Shown: positions 1 to 10,617, numbered from the stretch's first letter. The stretch is DNA of 64,000 nucleotides from Mycobacteriales bacterium (GCA_035536235.1 DATLOQ010000123.1:4132-68131); one strand, 5' to 3'. Made by a program: numbers and translations. Notes: generated by a model not told the origin, from the sequence alone.

Positions 1-112
1 TGACCGTCCTGGCGGCTGGTCGGGTCATCGCGACTGGGCGTCCAGATGACGTACGGCGGATGTCGGCGGTTCGCGCGGCTTACCTCGGCGGGACGCCCGA
101 AGAGGACACGCT

Positions 113-1333
113 GTGATCAGCGTGCGCATCGCTCTTGCGGTGCTTCTGGCGTCGTCCAGCCTCAGCGGATGTGGTCGCGGCAGCACGTCGAGCGACGACG
201 TCGTCCGGGTCGTGGTGAGCGCCCCTCTGACTCGGTCGCCGTGGGTCGGCGAATTCCTCGACCGTGGCGCTCGGCTGGCGACGGAGGAGATCAACGCCGC
301 GGGCGGGATCGAGGTCGGCGACGTGAAGTTGAAGATCGAGCTCGACGTCCGCGACCATGCGGGATCCGCCCAGACGGCGCAGGCGCACGCCCGCGACGCC
401 GTCGACAAGGGGGCGGCACTGCTCATCAGCGACGGCATCGGGGCAGTCGCGGTGAGCCAGGTGACTGGCCCGGCGGCGCTGCCGACGGTGATCACGTTCG
501 AAGGCGGCACCGACCTCGTCGACGAGGACTCGCGCCCGACGCTGTTCCGGCTGGCACCGGCCAACCGCCCGATGACCATGCGCCTCGCCGACTACCTGGC
601 CGACAGAGCGAGCAAAGTCGCTGTGCTGCATGACGACACGTCGTACGGCCAGGACGGTGCGGCGGAGCTCGCTAAAGCCTTCGCGCGCAACGAGACCGCT
701 GTCGTCGCGACGGTCGAGATTCCCGCCGGAGCTGCCGACGTCGCGCCGCAGGTGCTGCGCGCTCGGCGCACTGGGGCGGACACCGTGGTGGTGTGGGCGC
801 GCGCACCGGTCGTCGCTGCCGTGGTGCAGGCCGCCCGCCGCTCGGGCTGGACGGTCCCGCTCTTCGCCGGTCCGACCGCCGAGGATCCGCTGGTGCGCCA
901 GCAGCTCGCCGACCGGCCGGAGTGGGTGGATGGGCTGACCTTCGTGTCCTTCCGCATCACAGCCGAGGTCGGCGCCGAACCGTGGCAGAAGTTCCGCGCC
1001 GCCTTTGAGAAGAGGTTCGGCCCCGACGAGATCGGCGTGGTGTCCGACGGCACCCCAGTGGTGCAGCCGCCGGACTGGGCGATGTACCCCTACGACGCGG
1101 TCTACCTGCTCAAAGCGGCACTGGAGCGCTCCGACTCACTCGGCCAGCCGCTCGTCGACGCGTTCAACTCGGTTTTCATCACCGGTGCCAACGGCGACGA
1201 GCGCAGCTTCGGCCCGCAGAACCACGAAGGCGTGTCGCAGGACGACATGTACTTCGGGCGCTTCGACCGCATGCGCTTCCAGCCGGTGACCGACGACATC
1301 CTCTCGGGGAACCTCCCGCCGATTCCGCAGTAG
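113..1333 (+). CDS. ABC transporter substrate-binding lipoprotein, branched-chain amino acid (LivK/LivJ-like) family
   Basis: 406 aa. N-terminal signal with lipobox LSGC. Periplasmic binding protein type I fold with LivK-like motifs (ISDGIGAVA, VLHDDTSYGQ). Confidence 0.75.
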   Translation: MISVRIALAVLLASSSLSGCGRGSTSSDDVVRVVVSAPLTRSPWVGEFLDRGARLATEEINAAGGIEVGDVKLKIELDVRDHAGSAQTAQAHARDAVDKGAALLISDGIGAVAVSQVTGPAALPTVITFEGGTDLVDEDSRPTLFRLAPANRPMTMRLADYLADRASKVAVLHDDTSYGQDGAAELAKAFARNETAVVATVEIPAGAADVAPQVLRARRTGADTVVVWARAPVVAAVVQAARRSGWTVPLFAGPTAEDPLVRQQLADRPEWVDGLTFVSFRITAEVGAEPWQKFRAAFEKRFGPDEIGVVSDGTPVVQPPDWAMYPYDAVYLLKAALERSDSLGQPLVDAFNSVFITGANGDERSFGPQNHEGVSQDDMYFGRFDRMRFQPVTDDILSGNLPPIPQ

Positions 1334-1356
1334 CGTCAACGGGTAGCGTCGCGGTC

Positions 1357-2103
1357 ATGTGCGGTCGCTTCTCTGCGTCGATGAGCACAGCCGACCTCGC
1401 GTCCTTCTTCGGCATCCGCGACCCCGAGGTGCGCACCGAAGCACTCGCGCCGAGCTGGAACGTCGCGCCCACTGACAGCGTGCACGCGGTGCTGGAGCGG
1501 CATCCTCGGGACGAGGCGGGCGGGCGGGACGAGACCGTGGTCGATCGGCAGCTGCGCGCGTGTCGGTGGGGCCTGGTGCCGTCCTGGGCGAAAGACCGCA
1601 AGGTCGGCGCCCGGTTGATCAACGCGCGGGCCGAGTCGGTCGCGGACAAGCCGGCGTTTCGCAAGGCCTTCCTCGCCCGTCGCTGCCTGATCCCGGCCGA
1701 CGGCTACTACGAGTGGCTGCGGCAGGCCGACGGTCGAAAGCAGCCGTTCTTCATCCGGCGTCGGGACGACGTGCCCGTGGTGCTGGCCGGGCTCTACGAG
1801 ATCTGGCGTGACCCGGCCGGGCCAGCCGACGGCGAGCTCCTGTGGTCCTGCACCGTCGTGACGACGGAGGCCTGCTCCGCGGTCCGGCAGATCCATGATC
1901 GGATGCCGGTGCTGCTCGCGCCGGCGGCTTGGGATCGCTGGCTCGACCCGGCGTACGACGATGCGGAGAGCCTGCGGGCGCTGCTGGTGCCGCCCCCGCC
2001 GGAGTCGATCGAGGCGTGGCCGGTGTCGCCCTTGGTGAGCAGCGTGCGCAACCAGGGCCCGCAGCTGGTGGAGCCGATCACGCCTGAGGAGACGTTGTTC
2101 TGA
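1357..2103 (+). CDS. SOS response-associated peptidase (SRAP/YedK/HMCES family, abasic-site processing)
   Basis: Starts MCGRF with the catalytic Cys2. WNVAPT and PVVL..LYEIW motifs typical of the SRAP domain. 248 aa. Confidence 0.85.
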   Translation: MCGRFSASMSTADLASFFGIRDPEVRTEALAPSWNVAPTDSVHAVLERHPRDEAGGRDETVVDRQLRACRWGLVPSWAKDRKVGARLINARAESVADKPAFRKAFLARRCLIPADGYYEWLRQADGRKQPFFIRRRDDVPVVLAGLYEIWRDPAGPADGELLWSCTVVTTEACSAVRQIHDRMPVLLAPAAWDRWLDPAYDDAESLRALLVPPPPESIEAWPVSPLVSSVRNQGPQLVEPITPEETLF

Positions 2104-2121
2104 CGGGCCGAGGGGAGCCCG

Positions 2122-3294
2122 CTACGTGCGATTCTTACCGGGCTGCGTCGGAGTGACCGTCGGCACCGCCGCGAAGGTGGCATAGGCCGGCAGCGAGTTC
2201 TTCTTGCCGTTCGGCGGCCGCGGCGGGCCCCCGGGCGGCGGCGGGGTCGGGTCAGGCGGCGGCGACGGGGTTGGCGCAGGGTCTGGGGTGGTCGACGGGG
2301 CGGGGCTCTGCCCGGCCCCGTCCGGGGAGGCGCTCGCCGTCGGCGACGCGACTCCCGAGGGAGCAACGACGGGGCTTGCGGACGCGCTGGCGTCGGGGGC
2401 CGGCGACACCGCGCCCGGGCCGCCCGTCGGGGTGGCAACGGGAGTGGGGGCAGGGGTCGGCTTCCCCGGTCCTCTCTCCGGGCCGGTGGGGCTCGCGGAC
2501 GCAGATCCGGCGGGTGACGCGGAGGCGCTCGGCACGGCCGAGGGACTTAGGGATGGAGCAGTCGAGGGCGTGGCGCTGGCCGTCGGGGGCGGAGTCGGGG
2601 CCGAGCCGTTGCCGTTGCCGTTGCCCTGGCCATTGCCGCGAGCGGGCGGCGGTGTTGACGCCGCGGCGGTCGGGGACGGCTGGCTCGCCGGAGCTTCGGA
2701 GCGGCGCGGCTCGACGCGCTCTTCGGCGGCCGGCTGTGGCTCGACGTGGTGTTCCGCGGGGCCGGGCTCCGGTCGGGGATGCGTCGGTCGGGAGGCCGGG
2801 GGCGCAGTCGCCTCAGGGCGAGTTGGCGCCCGATCTGCGGGGGGCCTCGGCCGGGGCAGCACGGGCGGGGACGCGACCACGGGAAGGACGATGCGGCTGC
2901 CGACCGGACTTGCCGTCGCCTCGGCGAAGGCACGGTTCGCCGCGGAAGCAGCCGCGCTCTGGCGGGTTGAGCCGGGCGCGGCTGCTTCCGCGGCGCGCCG
3001 GGCGTCTGCCGCGGAGACGCCCCGCCGGGCGGCCTTCTCGGGCCCGTTCTCGGCGCGGGAGTCGACTTCGACATCCTGGGGATGCGCACCAGAGCCCAAC
3101 AGCCGAGGAATGGCCGAGATCCCCTGCCCGCCATGCCCGGTTGCGAATAGCAGCAGGCAGGACAGCGTGGTGAGCAGGACCAGAGCGACGAGGGGCAGCC
3201 AACGGGCTTGCTCAGTCCGGGCCTTCACGCGCGCTCCTCGTAGCCTGCGGGACCGGCGCCGGTGAAACCGTGGTGGCCTCGCGGTCGACCTCAC
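2122..3294 (-). CDS. Pro/Ala/Ser-rich membrane-anchored hypothetical protein (low complexity)
   Basis: N-terminal basic stretch then one TM helix (WLPLVALVLLTTLSCLLLFA). Long P/A/S/T-rich tail with GNGQGNGNGNG. Orientation chosen because the neighbours are minus-strand; the antisense Gly-rich ORF 2204..3265 was rejected. Confidence 0.45.
   Translation of the reverse strand: MRSTARPPRFHRRRSRRLRGARVKARTEQARWLPLVALVLLTTLSCLLLFATGHGGQGISAIPRLLGSGAHPQDVEVDSRAENGPEKAARRGVSAADARRAAEAAAPGSTRQSAAASAANRAFAEATASPVGSRIVLPVVASPPVLPRPRPPADRAPTRPEATAPPASRPTHPRPEPGPAEHHVEPQPAAEERVEPRRSEAPASQPSPTAAASTPPPARGNGQGNGNGNGSAPTPPPTASATPSTAPSLSPSAVPSASASPAGSASASPTGPERGPGKPTPAPTPVATPTGGPGAVSPAPDASASASPVVAPSGVASPTASASPDGAGQSPAPSTTPDPAPTPSPPPDPTPPPPGGPPRPPNGKKNSLPAYATFAAVPTVTPTQPGKNRT
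2608..2645. repeat. Hexanucleotide (ccgttg)n simple repeat inside the low-complexity CDS
   Basis: gccgttgccgttgccgttgccctggccattgcc, encoding GNGNGNG on the minus strand. Confidence 0.5.
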
Positions 3295-3402
3295 TCAGAA
3301 GTGTGACGTGACTACTCTCTGTAGTCAATGCGCAACTGGTCACGGGCTGGCAAATCCGCGGGTTCGCATCCGATGTGCCCCACAGCCGCCGCGGCTGGCG
3401 CG

Positions 3403-4680
3403 CTAGAGCCGCCGCCAGGTGGCCACGCCGGCTCCGATGACAGCGACAGCGCCGAGGGCGGTCAAGGCGATCGGCACCGGCCGCGGCTGCACGGGCCGCG
3501 GCCGCCGAGAGCGGACCTGCGCCTCGGCCAGGGAGTAGCGGAAGACCGTGGACGTCGGACCCGGCCCGGGATGCCCCAGGTACGGCGCCACGTCATCGGC
3601 CCGGGCTGCGGCCGCTGCCGCGGCGACGAGCACGTCCGTCGCCGCTCGCCGGGCGTCCGCGTCAGGGCGCGTCGCTGCCCAGTCCCGCCAGGAGGCCGCC
3701 CCCGCTGGCGGGGTGAGCTGCCGCGGGTCGAGGGCGGGTACGACGGTGAGGTCGAGCACCAGCCGGCCGGCGGTCGGGACGTCGAGGGAGATCTGCGCGG
3801 ACCCCTGCAGGACGCCGGCCAGCGCCGCGCCGTCGCCGGCAGCGGTGGCGACGGTCCCCGGGCCGCTCACGGCAACGCCGCCGGCGCCCGGCACGGTCAC
3901 CGTGCCGGCGATGCGCAGCGGCGCGCTCACTGTCAGCGTTCGGGTGCCCACTCCGGTCGCCCGCAGCGCTCGGGGAAGCCCCCGACCGGCCACCGGCGGC
4001 GGTGCGTTGGTGCGATCTGCCGAGCTGCTGCGGAGCAGGTCGAGGGGCCCGGCCAGGTCGACGGCGGCGACATCGCCGGTGGGCACACTCACCGGCCGGG
4101 CCGTCTGGTTGACCAAGCGCAGCAGAGCTCGGCCCGCGCCGGGGAGGACCCCGCCGGGACCGATCGGCCGCGTGCCCGAGGTCGGTTGCCAGCCGATCTC
4201 CACCCGCAGCGGCAGCACGAGCGCCTCCCGTGCCGGGTCGAGCTCGAGATCGGCGGCGAGAGCGCGCTCGCCGGGCACGAAGCCCTGCCAGACCACGGTG
4301 CCGCGCTGGATGATCGGCGCGGTGGTCCCGTCGAGCGCGGTGACCCGCAGTGCCGGTCCCCGCTCGCGGATGGCGAAATCGCCGGTGCCGCGCAGGAGCA
4401 AGCGCTGGGTCACCGTGACTCGGGCGGGCGACCCGTCAGGGAGCAGGCGGACGACGATTCGCTCGTCATCGCGCACCGGGCCCGGGACGAACGTCGTCCG
4501 CCGACGCTCGGGCGTCACCACTTCAGGGGCGACCAGTGGAATCTCGCCAGTCGGCGTCGGCAGGAGGAGCTGAGCCGGCCGGGGTTCAGTCGGCGGAGGT
4601 GACTGAGCCTGGCTCGGACCGCTCAGCCCGCCGGCGAGGGACGCTGCGCTCAGGGCGGCGACGACACGCGACCGGTTCAT
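3403..4680 (-). CDS. Secreted hypothetical protein with C-terminal membrane anchor
   Basis: N-terminal signal peptide MNRSRVVAALSAASLAGGLSGPSQA. C-terminal hydrophobic helix IALTALGAVAVIGAGVATW followed by RRL. No recognisable catalytic motif. Confidence 0.6.
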   Translation of the reverse strand: MNRSRVVAALSAASLAGGLSGPSQAQSPPPTEPRPAQLLLPTPTGEIPLVAPEVVTPERRRTTFVPGPVRDDERIVVRLLPDGSPARVTVTQRLLLRGTGDFAIRERGPALRVTALDGTTAPIIQRGTVVWQGFVPGERALAADLELDPAREALVLPLRVEIGWQPTSGTRPIGPGGVLPGAGRALLRLVNQTARPVSVPTGDVAAVDLAGPLDLLRSSSADRTNAPPPVAGRGLPRALRATGVGTRTLTVSAPLRIAGTVTVPGAGGVAVSGPGTVATAAGDGAALAGVLQGSAQISLDVPTAGRLVLDLTVVPALDPRQLTPPAGAASWRDWAATRPDADARRAATDVLVAAAAAAARADDVAPYLGHPGPGPTSTVFRYSLAEAQVRSRRPRPVQPRPVPIALTALGAVAVIGAGVATWRRL

Positions 4681-4812
4681 AGCACGAGCGTACGGCGGTG
4701 TTTGTTCCGGCGAACTGTGGGCAGAGGCCGCGAAGAGGGTCTTGCGGGCAGTTGCCTGCGCCCGTTAGACACCTCGTGTCGGCTGCGCAGCGCGGTCACC
4801 CACCCGACGAGG

Positions 4813-5172
4813 AGCTCTCTCTTGGATGACGCCAGCGCCCGGAAACGTCTCGAGCAGCTGCTCGCCGACCTCGACTCGTCGGCGCAGACGTTGGATCCGG
4901 ACGACGCGACGGAGGCGGGTGTGCTCGGCCACTTGGACGAGCACCCGGCCGAAGTGGCGTCGGAGCTGACGGAGCAGGAGCGCGAAGCTGCCCTGATGGC
5001 GGTGGTCGCCCAGCAGCGCGAGGAAGTGCGCAGCGCTCTCACCCGACTTGATGACGGCGTCTACGGCACCTGCGTCGACTGCAGCAAGCCATTACCGGAT
5101 GAGCGACTCGACGCGCGGCCAGAGGCCGCGCGGTGCATTGGCTGCCAGAGCACTATGGAGAGCGCCCGATGA
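4813..5172 (+). CDS. DksA/TraR-family C4-type zinc-finger protein
   Basis: C-terminal CVDC...17 aa...CIGC four-Cys zinc finger preceded by a coiled-coil-like acidic region. The start was chosen at the TTG at 4813 because the 4702 ORF start lies in the intergenic region. The stop overlaps the next gene (ATGA). Confidence 0.6.
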   Translation, partial: SSLLDDASARKRLEQLLADLDSSAQTLDPDDATEAGVLGHLDEHPAEVASELTEQEREAALMAVVAQQREEVRSALTRLDDGVYGTCVDCSKPLPDERLDARPEAARCIGCQSTMESAR

Positions 5173-5489
5173 GCCGATCGAACAACCTTGCGCCGGAAGC
5201 GACCCGCGTCGTACGCCGGGACCCGCGATTCCGCGCCGCGCAGAGTGAACGGGTGCCCGCCCCGGAGTGGCGCAGTCAGGGCGAGTGCTTGCGGCACGAC
5301 CCGGAGATGTTCTTCCCCAACGCGGCCGAGGATCCCGGGGCGGCGATGGAGGTCTGCGGACGGTGCTCCGTCGTCGGGCCCTGTCTGGCAGCAGCGCTCG
5401 ACAGCGGCGAGTGCGACGGCGTGTGGGGTGGCACCACGCCCGAGGAGCGCCGCACCATGCGCGACGTCTGGCTGCGCCAGCGCGGTTAG
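5169..5489 (+). CDS. WhiB-family [4Fe-4S] transcription factor
   Basis: Four-Cys WhiB signature: C..HDPEMFFP, CGRCSVVGPC, and the GVWGG turn followed by a basic tail. Start ATG at 5169 overlaps the upstream stop. Confidence 0.8.
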   Translation: MSRSNNLAPEATRVVRRDPRFRAAQSERVPAPEWRSQGECLRHDPEMFFPNAAEDPGAAMEVCGRCSVVGPCLAAALDSGECDGVWGGTTPEERRTMRDVWLRQRG

Positions 5490-5545
5490 CAGGTCCGGCG
5501 GGCCCGCGACCGCGGGAGCAGGTCCGGCCGCGCGGTCGAGTGTGC

Positions 5546-6316
5546 TCACCCTCTCCGGCGGGCCGACGCGACCAGGTGGATGCCGATCGACTCGCCCTCG
5601 CGCTCGCGCGAGAGGGCCACCTCGGCATCCACCAGAGAGGCAAGCGACGAGGCATCCTCGCGCAGCGCGCGCTCAACGGCTTCGCGGCTCAGCACCGTCC
5701 GTGGTCGGATCCACTCCACGGCGAACCCGCTGTCATCGAGGTCGTCCGCCAGCTCTTCCGGCCAGAAGCACCGGGTGATCGAGCCGTCCTCGTGCGGGAT
5801 CAGCACGACATCGGCGGACGGCACGTCGGCGAGCTCGGCCCAGCGGGACTGCTCAGCCAGCCGTGACAGGCCCAGCCCCAGGGAGTCGACGCAGAGCAGC
5901 AGTCGGCCGCCCGGCGCCAGCATGCGGCGGATCGAGAGCAGCACATCCTCAGCGGCGAGGTGTGCCGACAGCGCTCCGGACTCCGCCACCACGCCATCGA
6001 CGCAGCCGTCGGCGATCCACCGCGTCGGAAAGCTCTCCGCGATGACGGGCGAGACGTCGGGTCGGGCCGGCTCCGCGATCAGCGTCGACTTCCTCGGGTC
6101 GTCGACAAGGCGGATCACATCGTGTCCCTCGGCCGCCATGTTCGCCGAGTGGCGGCCGGGCCCGCGGCTCAGGTCGAGGATGCGTGACCGTCGGTGTGGC
6201 AGCCACTCGTGCAGCTGATGACGGGCGACCTCGTCGTAGAAGGTCCAGAAGGGGGACGGGTCCTTCCCGGGAAGTAGAGGTCCGTCTCGACCACGCCGCT
6301 CGAAGTCTGGGAGCAC
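5546..6316 (-). CDS. Class I SAM-dependent methyltransferase
   Basis: ILDLSRGPG motif I and LLLCVDS motif. The start is uncertain; it was trimmed from 6373 to an internal GTG to avoid overlapping the divergent hydrolase start. Confidence 0.65.
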   Translation of the reverse strand: MLPDFERRGRDGPLLPGKDPSPFWTFYDEVARHQLHEWLPHRRSRILDLSRGPGRHSANMAAEGHDVIRLVDDPRKSTLIAEPARPDVSPVIAESFPTRWIADGCVDGVVAESGALSAHLAAEDVLLSIRRMLAPGGRLLLCVDSLGLGLSRLAEQSRWAELADVPSADVVLIPHEDGSITRCFWPEELADDLDDSGFAVEWIRPRTVLSREAVERALREDASSLASLVDAEVALSREREGESIGIHLVASARRRG

Positions 6317-6366
6317 ACCCCGCCCTCTACCCTCAGCGTTCGAGTCGAACCGGCACGAGGACGGCG

Positions 6367-7026
6367 ATGGCACAGGTCGAGACCAGGCGCGGACTGGCCG
6401 CCGTGCACCTCAGCGTGCCCGAGCGCGCCCCCGCGCTCGTGCTGCTCGGCCACGGCGCCGGCGGAGACTCGTCCGCGCCCGCCCTCGCTGCGGTCGCGAC
6501 CGCGCTGCTGGTCGCGGGAGTAGCGGTAGCCAGCTTTGACCAGCCCGACCGGGTGGCGGGCCGGCGGATGCCGGCCCCTGCGCCACACCTCGATGCAGCT
6601 GCGATGGACGTCGTCCACTGGCTGCGCTCACGCCCGGGTCTGGCCTCGGTCCCGCTCGTGGTGGGCGGCAAGAGCAGCGGGGCGCGGGTCGCGTGTCGCA
6701 CGGCGCACGTCGGCGGAGCGGTCGGGGTCGTTGCGCTCGGCTTTCCGTTGCATCCGCCGACGAGCCCCGGCCGGAGCCGCGCCGCAGAGCTGCACCTCGC
6801 CAGCGCTCCGGTCCTGGTCTGCCAGGGCAGTCGGGACATCTTCGGTTCGCCGGCGGAGGTGGCCGACGCGGGACTCGGCCTGGCGGGACTCACCGTCCAC
6901 GCAGTGGCCGGCGGGGACCACTCCTTTCGGGCGCGTCAGGTGGACGGCCGGACGACGGCGCAGTGCCTGGCTGAGGTGGCCGACGTGGTGGTGCAGTGGG
7001 TGGGTGCTCAGACCGGCACGACGTAG
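6367..7026 (+). CDS. Alpha/beta-hydrolase (KANL3/Tex30-like, dienelactone hydrolase-like) family protein
   Basis: HGAGG oxyanion region, GGKSSGA nucleophile elbow, and a C-terminal GGDH motif. ATG at 6367 within ORF 6184..7026. Confidence 0.7.
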   Translation: MAQVETRRGLAAVHLSVPERAPALVLLGHGAGGDSSAPALAAVATALLVAGVAVASFDQPDRVAGRRMPAPAPHLDAAAMDVVHWLRSRPGLASVPLVVGGKSSGARVACRTAHVGGAVGVVALGFPLHPPTSPGRSRAAELHLASAPVLVCQGSRDIFGSPAEVADAGLGLAGLTVHAVAGGDHSFRARQVDGRTTAQCLAEVADVVVQWVGAQTGTT

Positions 7027-7673
7027 ACGTACGCCGCTACGGTCGTCGCCAGCTCGACCTTGAGATCGCCCGCCGCCATGACCCAGGTCGAGTCGGGATC
7101 GGAGCTCACCACCTGCACACGCGCACCGGGGATGAACCCATGCTCTTCGAGGACGCGCAGCCCGGCCGTGTTGGACTCGAGGGCCTCGTCGATCCGGCTG
7201 ACCCGCACCGACACGTCGTACGGCGCCGCAGACAGGGCCACGGCGTCCTCCATCGGCACCTCGTTGGTGGACCCGGGGATCGGGTTGCCGTGCGGACAGC
7301 TGCCGGGGTCGCCGAGCAGGGTCACCAGGTGCGCTTCGAGGTTGGGGCTGATCGCGTGCTCGAGCCGGCAGGCTTCCTCGTGGACTTGGTGCCAGGGCAC
7401 CTTCAGCACGTCGACGAGCAGTCGCTCGGCGAGGCGGTGCCGGCGGACCATCGATGTGGCGTAGGCACGCCCGGTGGGGGTGAGGCGCATCTGGCGGTCC
7501 GCCCCCAGCACGAGGTAGCCCTCGCGCTCGAGCCGGCCCACTGTCTCCGAGACACTCGGCGCGGAGACGCCGAGGCGTTCGACCAGGCGGGCGCGCATCG
7601 GCGGGATGCCCGCTTCCTCGAGCTCGAAGATCGTCTCGAGGTATTCCTCCGTGGCCGGATGGAAGTCGCCCAT
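7008..7673 (-). CDS. ideR: Iron-dependent transcriptional repressor IdeR/DtxR
   Basis: N-terminal winged HTH ([28 protein letters not shown]), metal-site residues, and a C-terminal SH3-like/FeoA domain. 221 aa. Confidence 0.85.
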   Translation of the reverse strand: MGDFHPATEEYLETIFELEEAGIPPMRARLVERLGVSAPSVSETVGRLEREGYLVLGADRQMRLTPTGRAYATSMVRRHRLAERLLVDVLKVPWHQVHEEACRLEHAISPNLEAHLVTLLGDPGSCPHGNPIPGSTNEVPMEDAVALSAAPYDVSVRVSRIDEALESNTAGLRVLEEHGFIPGARVQVVSSDPDSTWVMAAGDLKVELATTVAAYVYVVPV

Positions 7674-7895
7674 GCGCCCATCCTAGGCACAGAAGGCAGG
7701 CCGGCCCTGGGGGCTGGAATGCGTCGGTGGCTCCTCAGCGTTGGGCCGATCATGGTTGGCCCTCCGCGAGCCGTCTCCTCTTCCCAGTGCCGCGTGCCCG
7801 CTGGCCGCTGCGGCACCCGGGGTGCGCATGGCAGCCGGCGGCGCGGTGCCGTAGCCTCGGCGGTCCCGGCGACCTCCGTCGCCCCCCGCTTGGAG

Positions 7896-8504
7896 GTGAG
7901 TCGCGTCGAAGAGACGCTCGAGCAGCGCAGTGACCGGTTCGAGCGCACGGCCCTGCCGTTCCTCGACCAGCTCTACTCAGCCGCCCTTCGGCTGACTCGC
8001 AACCCTGCCGACGCCGAAGATCTGGTGCAGGAGACCTTCGTCAAGGCCTTCGCTGCATTCCACCAGTTCGAGGAGGGCACCAACCTCAAGGCGTGGCTCT
8101 ACCGCATCCTGACCAATACCTACATCAACATCTATCGCAAGAAGCAGCGTGAGCCCCAGCAGCACGGTGTCGACGAGATCGAGGACTGGTCGCTGGCCCG
8201 TGCGGCCGAGCACACTGCTGCGGGGCTGCCGAGCGCGGAGACCCAAGCTCTCGACCACCTGCCGGACAGCGACGTCAAGGACGCGCTGGCGGCGCTGCCC
8301 GATGACTTCCGGATGGCGGTCTACTACGCCGACATCGAGGGCTTCTCGTACAAGGAGATTGCCGAGATCATGGGGACTCCGATCGGTACGGTGATGTCGC
8401 GCCTGCACCGAGGGCGCAAGTCGTTGCAGAAGGCGCTCTACGCCTATGCGCTTGACCGCGGCGTCATCCGCCCACCGACGCAGGCTGAGGGGGCTCAGGC
8501 ATGA
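7896..8504 (+). CDS. ECF sigma factor, SigH/SigR/SigE-type
   Basis: Region 2 motif [14 protein letters not shown]...[25 protein letters not shown] and region 4 HTH ([25 protein letters not shown]). Its stop overlaps the start of the downstream ZAS anti-sigma gene. The N-terminal 300 aa of ORF 6996..8504 is antisense to ideR and was excluded. Confidence 0.85.
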   Translation: MSRVEETLEQRSDRFERTALPFLDQLYSAALRLTRNPADAEDLVQETFVKAFAAFHQFEEGTNLKAWLYRILTNTYINIYRKKQREPQQHGVDEIEDWSLARAAEHTAAGLPSAETQALDHLPDSDVKDALAALPDDFRMAVYYADIEGFSYKEIAEIMGTPIGTVMSRLHRGRKSLQKALYAYALDRGVIRPPTQAEGAQA

Positions 8505-8782
8505 GCTGCGGCACACCGCATGATGGCTGCGCCAAGGTCATCGAGGCCGTCTACCTCTACCTCGATGGGGAAATGGACGACGCTGACTGCGCCGAGGTGC
8601 GCTCCCACCTCGAAGACTGCGTCCCATGCTTGCGCGAGTACGGCCTGGAAGAGGACTTCAAACGGCTGGTGGCCCGCAAGTGCGGGTGCGACCCGGCTCC
8701 CGAGGAGCTCCGGTCTCGGGTGCTGACCCGGCTCCGCGAAGTGCGGGTCGAGCTGGCGACAGTGGAGTTCCGCACCGACTGA
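8501..8782 (+). CDS. Zinc-binding anti-sigma factor (ZAS family, RsrA/RshA-like)
   Basis: HLEDCVPC (HxxxCxxC) ZAS motif plus an upstream Cys. 93 aa. Translationally coupled to the sigma gene. Confidence 0.8.
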   Translation: MSCGTPHDGCAKVIEAVYLYLDGEMDDADCAEVRSHLEDCVPCLREYGLEEDFKRLVARKCGCDPAPEELRSRVLTRLREVRVELATVEFRTD

Positions 8783-8791
8783 TCTGCCTGA

Positions 8792-9823
<1,032 letters not shown>

Positions 9824-9828
9824 GTCGA

Positions 9829-9903
9829 TCAGGCGTTGGGGCGCCGACCGTGGTTTGCCTTGTTCTTCTTCCGAGCGCGCTTCTTCCGGCCCTTTTTCGC
9901 CAT
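9829..9903 (-). CDS. Putative 50S ribosomal protein bL37 (24 aa)
   Basis: Encodes MAKKGRKKRARKKNKANHGRRPNA. A GGAGGA Shine-Dalgarno lies 6 nt upstream. Matches my recollection of the actinobacteria-specific bL37 peptide from mycobacterial ribosome structures. Confidence 0.5.
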   Translation of the reverse strand: MAKKGRKKRARKKNKANHGRRPNA

Positions 9904-9964
9904 GATTCCTCCTGTGGTGTGAGCGCGATCGTCGCACACCCCGCTGTAGGGGCGAGATCGAGAC

Positions 9965-10609
9965 TCAGAGGCGAAGGCGCCGGTTGAGTCCGTCCAGGAC
10001 TGCCCGGACGACAGCATCAGCCTGGTCGCCGCGCACCAGGGCTGAGCCGGTGAGCATGCTCTCGCCGTCGGCGGTGAGCAGCTGGATCACGCAGATCGCC
10101 ACCTCGCGCCCGCCCACGTGGCTGACCTGCGCATGCTCCAGGTCCGCGGCCGCAAGCGGGAACAGCTGCATGGCAGCCGCCAGGGTGGCCCGACCGATCA
10201 GTCGAATGCGGCTGCTCGGCGTGGCCGGCGCCGTTGCTGTCCCGTCGTAGAGCTGACCATTGCAGGCGAGGGTGACAGTGGCCGAGGCGTGCAGGCCGGC
10301 GGTGTTGGCGGTCACGCCGGCGACGAGCACCCGGACGGTGCTGGTGCCCTGGGTCTCGGCCTGGGGTGTCTCGTCATCATCGAACTGCACGATGGACACG
10401 ATGCGGTGGTCCAGCTCGAGGTCGAATTGGGCCATCGCCACTGACTGGATGTCGCGCACCAGAGCCTTGGGGCTCTTCCCCCGGTCGCTCAGGACGTGGA
10501 TCTCAGTGGGTGCTGCTGCACCGTCGGTGACGACCCGGGCAGCCTGGACACCCGGTAGTCGACCGATTGTTGCCTCGAGGTCGGGGAGCAGCCGCAGTGT
10601 GGTGACCAT
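9965..10609 (-). CDS. Hypothetical protein with apparent internal duplication
   Basis: 214 aa. Two ~90-aa halves with similar patterns (EIHVLSDRGKSPKALVRDIQSVA versus EVAICVIQLLTADGESMLTGSALVRGDQADAVV). No family recognised. Confidence 0.5.
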   Translation of the reverse strand: MVTTLRLLPDLEATIGRLPGVQAARVVTDGAAAPTEIHVLSDRGKSPKALVRDIQSVAMAQFDLELDHRIVSIVQFDDDETPQAETQGTSTVRVLVAGVTANTAGLHASATVTLACNGQLYDGTATAPATPSSRIRLIGRATLAAAMQLFPLAAADLEHAQVSHVGGREVAICVIQLLTADGESMLTGSALVRGDQADAVVRAVLDGLNRRLRL

Positions 10610-10617
10610 GGGTGTGG

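Noticed and set aside
1300-1360. LexA/SOS box upstream of the SRAP gene
   Set aside because: I searched for TCGAAC-N4-GTTCGA-like sites. Only a direct repeat tagcgtc was seen, with no convincing SOS box.
2204-3265. Gly-rich 353-aa plus-strand ORF
   Set aside because: It is the complement of the Pro/Ala/Ser-rich minus-strand ORF, which has a plausible N-terminal TM anchor and fits the operon polarity. Still, the strand call is only moderately confident.
7674-7700. IdeR iron box near ideR or neighbouring promoters
   Set aside because: No 19-bp TTAGGTTAGGCTAACCTAA-like palindrome was found in the intergenic regions inspected.
6996-8504. 502-aa plus-strand ORF
   Set aside because: The N-terminal ~300 codons are antisense to ideR. 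The real gene (ECF sigma factor) starts near 7896.
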